NCBI GenBank assembly: GCA_013239625.1
Contig: MU054187.1
Coordinates: forward strand, 3,173,757-3,237,756
DNA: 64,000 bases
Reading direction: 5' to 3'
DNA from: Lama guanicoe
Lineage: Eukaryota
Shown here one piece after another: positions 1 through 11,100 of the stretch (positions within the stretch are counted from its first letter, which is position 1; each line of letters begins with the position of its first letter). The translations under genes and the position numbers were made by a program. The notes beneath the pieces were generated by a model that saw nothing but the letters and a program-made list of their open reading frames with translations, was not told the DNA's origin and made no database searches.

Positions 1-3000
1 TGGTGTTCTGGCGGGAGGGAGTCAAACTGACCCCAGTGAAAGGACTCTAGCCACCATTCTTGCTCAGAGCACGTGTCACTTTTGTTCCTTTGCTGACAGT
101 AATCATCTATTGCGCTATCACCACAGCCCTGGCATGGCGCTGAAGGCTTTGTTTCTAGTGACAGCTGGGAGCTTTGGAGCGGTAGCTGTGGAGCGGTGGC
201 CCTGAAGCTGGAGGACCCCCGCGTCTGAGGACCAGCTGGGCCACCGGCGCCCTGTGCGGGGCGCTTGCCGGGAGCCTGCAGACACTAGCCACAACTCCCT
301 CACCCCGCGCGCGGATGAGTCCGTCTGCGGAGGAGGCCGCCCAGGGCCCTCCAGCGCCTGGCTTGGGGATAACAGTGGCATTTATTTCCTGCACGAAGAG
401 AGAGTGGTCACAGGTATCATCCAAGTCCCCCAGTGCAACATGAAAGGAGAGTTTTCCAGGGTCTCCTTTCTCAAGATAATCGTGAAATGAGTGGTTCCAA
501 TTCTGATAATAAAAGCGACAGAGAGAGAGAAAGGAGTCACACCGCCGTGAGATCATCGGGGAAGGTCAGAAGACGGGAGGGTGCGTTCGGGCTGTGAAGG
601 GAGATGAGGAATTGATGAAAATGGGAAGAGAGAAGCCAACCCAGAGAAAGAACTTTGTCCCCGAGGCTGCTGTTGGACCCCAGGCAGCATTTCTGGTCCC
701 GTGGCCCTGCTGTGAGCACACAGAACAGCATCTTCCAAAGGCGCTGTGCCGAGTGGCCACCCCTCTGCCCTGGGAGCATGGGGAGGAGGCAGCGTGCCCG
801 GCTTCACAGGGATGCGGGACGGTGAGGGTGGTGTTTGAGTGGTGAGCTCACAGGAAGGCAGGCGTGGGCATCCTTGGAAAGGGGGAGCCCCAACAGCAGG
901 CCTGGCAGGAGGCCCTGGGCCCCAGGCCAGCAGCCAGTGTTGTCCAGGAAACAGGTCTGCTCGCCTTTCTGGCTGGGTGCCTGCGGCCGAAAGCCGGTGC
1001 CTTCTGGGCGCTGTGCGCCTCTGCTCCTCCTGGGCTCCCAGAGCCTTCGCGTTTCCTCCTTCAGTGGATGTACACGAGAGGGAACTTCCTCGGGTGAGGC
1101 TAGTAACCCCCTTCCATCAAACAGGGAAGCCTTCTTCAAAATTCCAAGATTTAAAAATATTTAGAGCCGAACGCTGAAGGGTCTGTGCGCTAAGGACAGG
1201 TACATGAGGTGCCCTGACACAGGCCTTGCGCTCAGGACCAGGCGGATGCCCTCCGCAAACTGTCCTGAGCCTGCGGGCTAGTCAGCGCGGGCGTTCGGTC
1301 TGGGTGGTTATTAACTTCCAAAAACACAGCACAGTTTTGTGAGACTTTGTGATTTTCACTGGTTTTCATTTTCAGGGCCTTTGTTTCCCCTCGTGCTTTA
1401 AAGATTGTTTTACAGTAAGTTAGTGCTAGTTTGCCCCGTACCTGCGCTGTGACAGCCGGGCAAACACAGGCTAGTTCGTGGGAGGAGCTCCGCTTTTGGT
1501 TTCTGGTAGACCTTCGAAGTACAGCAGGGAAGTTGGAAATTTAATTGTCAAAACACGGTATTTTAAATGTTTCTTGAAAAAAAAACTTCAATAACCCAGA
1601 AGCATTTTAAATTTTAAAAAATACAAGAACAGATCAGCATTTTCAAATTTCAGTTTACCATTTTCAATCATTTCAATTTATATTTAAAAAAAATTTAAAC
1701 TATAAATAGGCAAATTCAAAGTGTCAAAATTTGGAAGACAGCCGATGTTCTCACTGGAGATACTGGTCACTGGAGGCTTCAAAGGGGCGATCTTGTGCAG
1801 GGCTGCTGTGTCCAAGGCCGTGTCTAGAAAAATCAGTTTGGATCCAAGCATATTTGCATATTACAGACTTCAGGTGCGTCTGCTCAGCCTGACGTGCTGG
1901 TGGGAGTAGGCATTAAGGTGCTCAAGTACCAGTTCTCAATATCCAAGGTGTCTGGAAAGTGTTTACCCCTTTTTTATATTTTAAGCTTTTTCATCCTAAG
2001 GAAACCTTTTATGTACTAGGTGTGCTCGGCTTTTGTTTGTCTGTCTGCATAGGTGGGTGCTAATGACACTGAATGAGAAGTCTGAGCCCAGGATGTTGAT
2101 TTGACTCATAATCCACTCGATACAGCAAGTCTGGATGAACAGTTGGGAAATCAAACAGGAAAAAATATCGATCCATTTTTGACTTATGTCTGAACCTCAG
2201 CTATCCGTTCCTGTCGTCATCAGACTGGCTTCCTGCTATCCCATCAATATCTAAGTTTGATTTCTTGAGACAGTAACCTGTTAAAACCCCCCACACTCAG
2301 GACACTAGGACACGGGACTACGAACATTTGGACTCGTGTAAAATTTTCAAAGGCTTCTGTCCACTTGCCTTGCTGCACCTTCAGGTTTATTTTCCATCCT
2401 CCATCATCATCATCCCTATTTCCCAGCACCACTCAGGAGTCTCCTGCCTCACAGTTTGCTCATTTCTGCTAGTTTGCCTCCCATGCTAGGGTTTCCTCCC
2501 AGCTTTCTCTACCGTTTTCGTGAAGACTTAATTTAAAACTTATCTTCTCTAAGAACCTCTTGAACAAGTGACACCATCATCACTGCAAGATGTCCATGTC
2601 CCCACCGCCTCCGAACACACACTGACCTCCCTACCTTGGCCCATGAGCGGTGGTCTTGCCTGAACCTGCCAGCAATTTTTTACAGCATCAAACTGTAAAA
2701 TCTTCAGCTTAGCTGGAGCAATGGATTGGGGGGAGGGGTGGTGGGCAATAAGGAGTAAAAGCCGCGTGTGTGTCTGTGGGGCCACTGAAATAAGAATAGG
2801 CACTTAGTGATTTACAGGGTGTGTTTGCCTGGATTTCAAGCTTCTTCTCCATTCAAATTTTGTCTTCGAAGCTAATTGCCAAAAAAAGATAATTGAAATG
2901 CTCAGTAGAGTATAAACACTAATTATCTGCCTATTCCTGATTGCTTATAGATGGGGTAGATTCACTGATCATATGTATTCACTTTATGTTCAAGTGGTTT

Positions 3001-3084
3001 TAGTTAATGTTTTATTCCATTTTTATTATTTCATACTTCACAAATCTATTAAGATTTGGATTGAATAGCATTAAATGAGGATTA

Positions 3085-3585
3085 TATTTCATAAGCCATC
3101 AGTTTGCCTGCTGCAACAGAGAATTCAAAATAATAGCGACATAGATAAGATAGAAGTTCATTTCTCTCTCATACAAAAGGAAGATAAATGGTCCAGGACT
3201 AGCATGGGGCTGGACAGTCACCAGGGATCCAGGCTCTTTGCATCTTGTCGCGCTGACATCCTTGTCACGCATCCTCTGTCTCATGTTGAATGTGAACGCT
3301 GCGTCGTCCGTTAATGTGCAGGGTTCCAGCCAGAACAAGGGGAAAGAGGAAAAGGTGGGGCCGTGTTCTTTCTGTTTAAAGGAATGAACCGGATATCGCA
3401 CACGTCACTTCCATTTTCACTCCACTGTTTAGAAGTTAGTCACAGAGCCACGCTCAGCAGCCGCTTCTGGGGAGACTGCGAGATGCAGCCTTTGGCTGAG
3501 CGTCCACAGGGTCAGAAAGGCGGAATTCTATTATTAGAAGTGTGGATTGGATGGATACTGGGCTGAAGCTGGTGGTTTCTGTCAT
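3085..3585. mobile_element. Old MaLR/ERVL-type LTR (MLT1J/K/L- or LTR33-like)
   Basis: Motifs aaataatagcgacatagataagatagaagttcatttctctctca, cagggatccaggctctttgcatctt and agttagtcacagagccacgctcagc resemble ancient MLT1-group LTRs. Subfamily uncertain. Confidence 0.6.
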
Positions 3586-5269
3586 AATTACCTGTTAAAA
3601 TTATAAGCAAATCATTTCGTTGATGAAGACCTTTCGTTCCTGTATCCATTTGCCTCATTTGCCACTACTGTACTTTTTTCCTTATGGAGAAAACAAATGC
3701 AGGTATCACACAGAAGCTCATTGCTGGAATCCAATTCCAGTTAATATGCAGAGAGATACTGAGCAATGATGAAGCAGTTGTGCATACATAAGAGGTCATA
3801 GTTGAGCTCCTGTTGAGATCAGAAGATGGGTAACAGTTTCAGGTATAAAGAAATTGTGTAAGACTAGGCAGGCTCCGAGAAGACCTGAAGACGGGGAAAT
3901 CAAGCAGGGCTGCTGAGATAGATAGAATGCGAAATTTTGACTCACTACAGCTCTTGTTTTAGACCAAAACATTTATGTATTTGTGAATATATATGGGTGT
4001 TCAAAAGAATGAGCAGAGTCATATTATTTTTAAAGAGTAATGGCTCGTAAAGAATCCTGTTACCAAAGAGCAGCAACTCGTCATGAGAAGTCTGGGTTCT
4101 CGTTGCCACCTGAAGAGACCCAGTTGTGTGGTCCTCAACACGGCGTTTCGCCAGCAGGGTCTGCGTGTCTTCTTAAAGTACGGATGTCAAACTCAATTTA
4201 TCAGCAACAGAAAATGCTTTTTGAAAACCTATTCTGTGCCACACATCATTCTAGATATGTGAACAGATGCTTCAGGGAACTTATGTTCTTGAAGGGGGGT
4301 TGGTGGAGACTAGTCCACGGACATCGCAGCGCAGCCTGGTGAGTAGCAGGGAGACCCGTCAGGGGCTTGGGGAGCGCGCAGAGCGGAACCACCAGTTTGA
4401 TGAGGAACACTAAATTATAATTTCGTTCTAACAACAAGATCCCACGCTAAATTAAAACTGACAGATTAAAAAGGGCAGAAAATGTCCAGTTGAGGCAGGA
4501 TGTGTTAGAATGGTGCTGTTTCTGCATGAAGTGTTTGTTAAAAATCACTATGTACTGGGTGCTCAACAGAAGCCGAAACAGGCTGGAGCCCTGTCTTCAA
4601 AGAGCCTACAACACACACCACTGGCCCAGATAATCCAGGATTCAGACAGATTTTTGAGATCCGTCAGAAGGTGTCTGCCATTCAATCTGTCAAGATCTAG
4701 TGTGATACGAAAGTTCATCTTTGTAGGGCAAAGGCTGGGGTTGACATTTCTTTGGAAAAGGGATAGAAATAAGGCAAATGTAAATTTTTTTGTGACTATC
4801 TCTAAGAAAGACGTAACTAGACTCCTTAGGTATGTAGATAACCAGGCACCCAGGATGCTTCCCAGGAGGGCTTCGTCTGAATTTGCTTTCCTCCCAGACG
4901 CCGTTAGCCAAGGCCACGGGGATGTGGAATCCATCTGCTGTCTTTTCTTTTTTTCTGTACATTGTTAAAGAACCTTAGGCCTTTTTTGAATTTTATTAAC
5001 TAATTTATACATATTTACTGTATTAATTTAGGAAAAATAAACAATAAAAATAAAGGAAGTAAAATCATGTAAGATTCCATCAACAGTTCCATTGTCCAAT
5101 GATAGTATTACTTTATACACACTCAGAATTTTTCTAAGCATTGAATATAATTAATTACACTTACAGCCTATTCTTCTAACATACACCCAGCAATTTTTCT
5201 TAAATAAAACATTTTATACTGTAAGAATTTCTACAGCACCTTTCAATTTTAGCTCGGACAAAATTAAAT

Positions 5270-5395
5270 TTAGCTCAGACTTTACCTATCTAAATTGGGT
5301 ACAATAATACCTCACACTGGCCGTGAGGATTAAATTTTAAATATTGCATAAAATTACTTATTAGCTTAACAAACATAGCACTATTTAAATATTAG
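5270..5395 (+). mobile_element. MIR fragment
   Basis: ctcagactttacctatctaaattgggtacaataatacctcac...gtgaggattaaat resembles the MIR core. Confidence 0.65.
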
Positions 5396-6119
5396 GATTC
5401 ATACTAGTAATGTCAGGGATATAAACCTAATAGGATTCCAGCAATTACTGTTTCCAATCCACCAAATCCAATATCCCTCTCATAGCACTGAAGGAAAAAA
5501 GAAATCTGATGTGTTTATTGATTCATGAAATGTCTTTACCACCTTCCCCTCCCAATAAAAATAACACTCTTTTCTACCTGAATTAGCTCTCAAAGGCTTT
5601 AAAGTATAAGTGAATGGCAGGTGTGGCATTTACACATAAATGAATTTTAATAAATTCAGTCAAGAAATGTAAATAAGCGGTTTACTTCTTCCCTTTCTGA
5701 CTCTGAGGAACTAGCAGAGGGGGCTGCAGAATTTGGGTGAAGAAAGGGCCAGAAAGATAACAGCTAGTTGATGCTTGGAGAAGGCAAACTTCAGACGCCA
5801 CAATTTTTGTTTAATGTAGGGCATATTCCCCTAAAAACAGACAAATAAAATTCATGTGCTTTTTGTCAGGAAGCTGGGCATGTGGGCAGATAAACTTTAC
5901 ACGTTTTATAAACATTGGAAAGAATGGTGAGCAGCATTCATTTAAGAAAACACTTACAGAGGTAATGTTGTCCTTTGCTACTCAGCATCTCCGTAGGTAG
6001 CTACTGAACTTCTAAGTACAGAGAAATGGCAAAGAAGATCAGATGTAACTGAGACTAAGAAAATCAGCTCTTAAAACAGTACAGAAAAGCCATGTAAGGA
6101 AACATGACATGCTTTAAAA

Positions 6120-7345
6120 GATAGTGAATCCACACAAGTGGGCTAAACTGATTTTTGGCGAAGTACAGAGGCAATTCAGTGGAGGAAAGATGGTCTCGAA
6201 GCGGGAGCAGCTGGTCGTAAGGCTACTGGACTTTCACATTCACAGTCCGAATTCTCTTGTATTATTCAGGTTGCTGGAGCAGTTGGACATCTGTATGCAG
6301 TAAAGAAAATAAACCCTCAAACTAAACCTCACAACATCTATACACAAATCAGCTCAACAGGGATCATAGATTTAAATGGAAAACTAAACCTGAAATTTTT
6401 AGAAAAAAAAAATAGGAGAGAATCTTTGGGATCTAAGACTAGGTAGGCAATGAGTTCTAAGGTTTGGCACCAAAAACAGGATTCGTAAAAGGAAAATTGG
6501 TAAATTGGGCTATATCAAAATGAATGACTTTTGCTCTGCAGAAGAGCTGAGTAAGAGGATGGAAAGACGAGCTACAGACGGGTAGAAAATATTTTCAAAC
6601 CACATATCCAACAAGGGACTAGTGCCTAGAAATACAAAGAAATCTCAAAACTCAGCAGATAAACATATGCAATCTAATTAGAAATTGGTCAAGAGGTGTA
6701 AAGAGACAGTTTACTAAAGAGGACGTATAGATGGCAAAGAAGCACATGGTTAGCAGTTAAGGGAGGACAAAATAAAAGCAGAGTGAGATGGCACCGTATT
6801 CCAAGCAAAATGGCTAAAATTAAGAATAGTGACACCACCAGTCACTGGCAAGGACATGGAGAAACTGGATCACTCTAACACTGCTGATGGGAATGTGAAA
6901 CGGTAGAGCCACGCTGGAAGACAGCTTGGTAATTTCTTATAAAACTGAACATGCCACTACCATACAGGCTAGCAATTTCAATCTTGAACATTATACTAAA
7001 GAAATGGGAAAGGGGGTGGGGGCGATAAACCCGGGAGTCTGAGATTTGCAAATGTTAGCCACTATAAAAATAGATTTAAAAGAACCAAGTTTCTTTTGTG
7101 TAGCGCAGGGAACTATATTCAGTATCTTGTAATAACCTATAATGAAAAAGAATCTGAAAATGAATATGTATATGTCTATGCATGACTGGGGCATAGTGCT
7201 GTGCACCAGAAGCTGACACATTGTAACTGATGGTACAAAAGTGTTCACAGGCACTTCACTTGAAATAACCCAAAACTGGAAAGAGTCCAGATATTCTTCG
7301 ACAGGCGAACGGATAAACAAGCTGAGGGGCACACATATTGCAATG
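6120..7345 (+). mobile_element. Old L1 (L1MC-like) ORF2 3' region fragment, interrupted by insertions
   Basis: L1 ORF2-like text such as aactgatttttggcgaagtacagaggcaattcagtggaggaaagatggtc, ggcaaggacatggagaaactggatcactc and aataacccaaaactggaaagagtccaga. Confidence 0.85.
7007..7230 (+). mobile_element. Younger lineage-specific L1 3'-UTR fragment nested in the older L1
   Basis: tagcgcagggaactatattcagtatcttgtaataacctataatgaaaaagaat...gctgtgcaccagaagctgacacattgtaactga is an artiodactyl-type L1 3' end. Same family as 25294-25422, which is in reverse orientation. Confidence 0.8.
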
Positions 7346-7600
7346 GGCTACATCCTCATCCTAACCCTCAGAACCCGTGCGTGTGCCATGTCACACGGCA
7401 AAGGCGAATTAAGGCTGCTGATGGAATTACGGTTGCTCATCAGTTGACCTTGAGAAGATGGGCCGATTATCGGACTTTCAGGTGAAGCGTCCTAAGAAAA
7501 GGAAGGGGGAGGCAAAGAGGAGCCTGGAGTGATGCAGTGTGAGACAGACCTACCCCATTCTTGCTGGCTCTGTTGCTGGCTCACTGAGAAAGTTTTGACA
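7346..7600 (+). mobile_element. MLT1 (MLT1C/D-like) LTR fragment
   Basis: catcctaaccctcagaacc...cacggcaaaggcgaattaaggctgctgatggaattacggttgctcatcagttgaccttgag is typical of MLT1. Confidence 0.7.
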
Positions 7601-7734
7601 AGCCATACTTTCTCTGAACCTCAGTGCATAAAATAAGGGCTAAAGCTTTGTTATTTGGAGAATTCTCTGTCTGTAGCAGTTATCAAGATGCCTCACTAAA
7701 TTCACTCAACAAGCACTTATGGGAAGCTCCTTGG

Positions 7735-8160
7735 GCTCTTAGGCCGAGACCCCCAGAAGTTCTCATGAATCCTGAGCAGGGGATTCATGAGAAAGGGTCT
7801 TTTCTGGAGTTCCCAGGACAACTGGGAGAAATGGGGAAGTGGGACAGAGAAGAGAAAAATGTCAAGCAAAGACCCCTGGAAGGTGGTCAGTCCTTCAGAG
7901 AGCACTAGAGACGATGTAACTCACCCCACACCATCTCCATCAGGGGCGGGGGCCGGGGGCGGGGGTAGTTACAGCCTGTGCCAGCTGGTCGTTGTCCACG
8001 GCAGCCTACACTCACCTAAGTTCCCAGGCCCTACCTGCTCCGTGCAGGAGCAAGCAAAGCAAGTTCTGACCGCCCAAGGGCAGCCCTTTGGCACCAGGAG
8101 GCCAGTGCTGGCTGTTAGAGGCGTGAAAGCACACGAGGAGCTGCTGTGCTGGAACTGAAA
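7735..8160 (-). mobile_element. LTR16-like ERVL LTR
   Basis: cccagaag...cctgagcaggggattc...cccaggacaactgggagaaatggggaagtgggacagagaagag resembles the LTR16 reverse strand. Similar to 30265-30620. Confidence 0.55.
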
Positions 8161-11100
8161 AGGGTCCAAAGGGACAGGGCAAAGGACCGACGGCTTCTGC
8201 AGGCCTCCCACTTCACTCTTCCTTCACGGCACTTAGAACCTAGTCGGGGAACGTGACAGGCAGACACACAGAAGAGGCCCCACACATGGTGCTGAAGGAC
8301 ACAGAGCAGGTGACTCAAGTCACCTCGGAGGGGCTGGAGAGGGGTGTGCAGGGAGGGGCCTGGAGGCTCCCTCAGGAGCAAATGAAGGAAGAGAAGGATT
8401 TAGCCAGGCAAAAGAGGGAGGAGGCGGTGGGTGAGCATGGGAGGTGAGCGTGGTCCACTCAGCTAAAGAGAACATGACACCCAATTAAATTAAAACAAGC
8501 CCAGTGTAACCAGTTGAAGGAGGGAGGAAGCGAGGCTGGAAGGTGCGGAGAAGCTGGATCGTGAAGGGGACCACGTGGGTTGAGTTGTAGGATCTTAGGG
8601 TCGCACATATTCTGGGGAGACGCGAGCAGCAGCTGAGAAGAGGGTCCAAATGTCTTAACTGACAATGAGATGAAAACCTGGAGGCGGGGTCCTACTTTCC
8701 TCTTAACATCCATGAATTATAGAGAAAGGAGTCACTGGGGACATACAATCATTTTGAAAGAATTGAAGTGAGGTAGGTTTAAAAGTCTTTTTCTATTCTT
8801 CGCATGCTAGAAGGTAAAAGAAAATTTATATAGAGCCTAAAACAACAAAAAATGTGTCCGTGGTTTAGCTTAGAAAAAAGGGGGGGGGGCTAAACACAAG
8901 AAGAGTTTCTGTGGTTGATTATGTTAATAATGTTATGGATTTTCCTCATTCCCTGGTCCAGAGTGGTCTACCATCTACTGAATTAAATTTGTAGATTCTC
9001 GTTTAGATTTGCTCTGAAACAGACTGTTCTAACACAATTTAATTTCATGGTCAAAGGAGGATAATTATTCCAAAAAGCTTTTAGCCATGAGCCTCTTGTG
9101 ATTTTTAGTTGCAAATGTAGCCACTTTAAACCTGTTCCGTGTTTTTTAGGTGTGAATACAATAAAGTTTTTGCCTGAGCCCACTAGACTAAGTGCTGTTG
9201 GTCTTTTTTTTCAAAAGGAAAACTCAGAGACTTTTGTCTGAAAGTAGGAGACCACCTTTGGGTATTTTTGTTGGTACAGTTAATAATCTTATTTCCTCAA
9301 GTCAGTTTGATGGCAATTGCAGTAATTTAGACCTTGTCAACCTGCAACAAAAAAGCTCTGTGTTTTTATTTAGGTCAATTGCTTGACACTTTTAAGCAAT
9401 ACTTTGATGTTTGAGTCATTTATTTATAGGATTAATTACAACAGCATTACAATTGTTTGGCATAAACTTAACAAGTTGATAGAAACCCCCAAACTGTGAT
9501 TATTTCTGCCACCTCCAAGATCTCAATCTTAGGGTCAGAGTTTAGCTCTTTTGGTAGGATTTGAAGAGCAGTAAGTCTTTACGTACAAAACTGCAGGCAC
9601 TTGAGATACGACCGTTGGAATCTGACAGAGGTACCAGCATTCCTTCTGTCGGGTGTGGCAGAACAGTCGTCCATCATCAGCGTAATTAACGCCCATCAGG
9701 ATCTTGTCAGAAGCATCCTCTTTTCATGAACTGCATGAGTGTCGTTTTTTATAATGAAGGAATTTTTTTTTCTCTTCTGGAATTTAAATCTTTCTGAGAA
9801 AGCACGAATCCCTAGACGCCGAAGACCAGCCACAGTGTAAGACCCCCCCCCTCCAATCATGTTCAACTCGCAGGGGGGGATCAAGACCAGGAGGAAGAGC
9901 CAGGACACTGTTCTCGGAGCTTTGAGGCAGGAACCCTTCAGTCTCATCCCTCAGGATGGTTTTGCATTTGGATTCTTTAAACAAAACAGAGCATTTGGTT
10001 AGTTTTTCTTAAAGAACTTCACATGACACAGTTGTTTGGTTACATTATTCTCCTTCCTTTCTCTGGGTTTATGGCATTTTAATTGCTGTTTTAATCTTGT
10101 GCTTCATATAAAGCACGCATAATTCCCTTGGCGGGTAGAACCCATGGAAGTAAAAAGTGTTGTTATTATGATGCATTTCCCAGTCTGTCAGTGCTTTGAT
10201 AGATTCTCCTAATTCACTCTCCGAAATAAAACGGCTGTCTACATCGTGTGCTTTTTACAACATTACTGTCATGAGGAGGAGGACTGTGCTAGGTTAGGAT
10301 AAACAGTAACTGGCAAGGAGCTAAAGCACTGATTTGTGCAAGCTCGTGTCCAGCCCATCCTGAGGACATTGTTAGAGGAATGGGTGAAATGAAGGGAGCT
10401 CTCGTCTGCTAAAACTTCCTTCAGGAAAAGGCCAAAATGGCATCCGGGCGGGGGAGGCAGTGCACTTGGCGGTTTCCTGAACATTCTCTGGCACCAGGGT
10501 AAATAGGTGCACGTGTACGCAGCAGAGGCATGAAGTTCGGGAGGAAGAGAGGCCCAGGGCGCTCCGAGAGCAGGGTCTGTGGAAGGCCCAAGCCGGGGGT
10601 GTCTACTTACTCAATCTGGTCGAATACGCCATCAGGCCACTGGCATAAAAGAAGCAAAGGTTGAGGAGGGTAGCTCCCACACGCCTGCACGTCCTCCCTC
10701 TACAGAAAGGGGAATGCTCTGAATGCCAAGGGTAACTCCAGGCCGCTGCGGACACCTGCCGCCTCCCAGGCTCCGAGTAGGGGGATGGCCATGGCGAGCC
10801 TCTGATCCTCAGGCTCCTAACTGAGAAAGGCACTTCTCTGGGAAACTGATCAACACAGAATGACTAATTAGCACGGAAATAAAGAGTTTTGCTCAGTTTT
10901 TCTCCCAAATTCTGAGTCATCCTGGCCTAGTCATTTAAACCCTGGATGCCTGCATTTCTCTTTCCAGTGAACAGACAAATCCTTGTCAATGGCAGCCGCG
11001 AACAATGACGTTAACTTATATATTACAAGGGAGCTCCGAATGTGATCGGTCCTTCACTCAATGAACTTGAAGAGGAGGAGGAGCCACAGCAGTGGCAGTA

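Noticed and set aside
4510..4968. 152-aa ORF (also 12139-12660, 12496-12984 and 55261-55788)
   Set aside because: No recognisable homology or convincing exon structure; lengths are compatible with chance in 64 kb.
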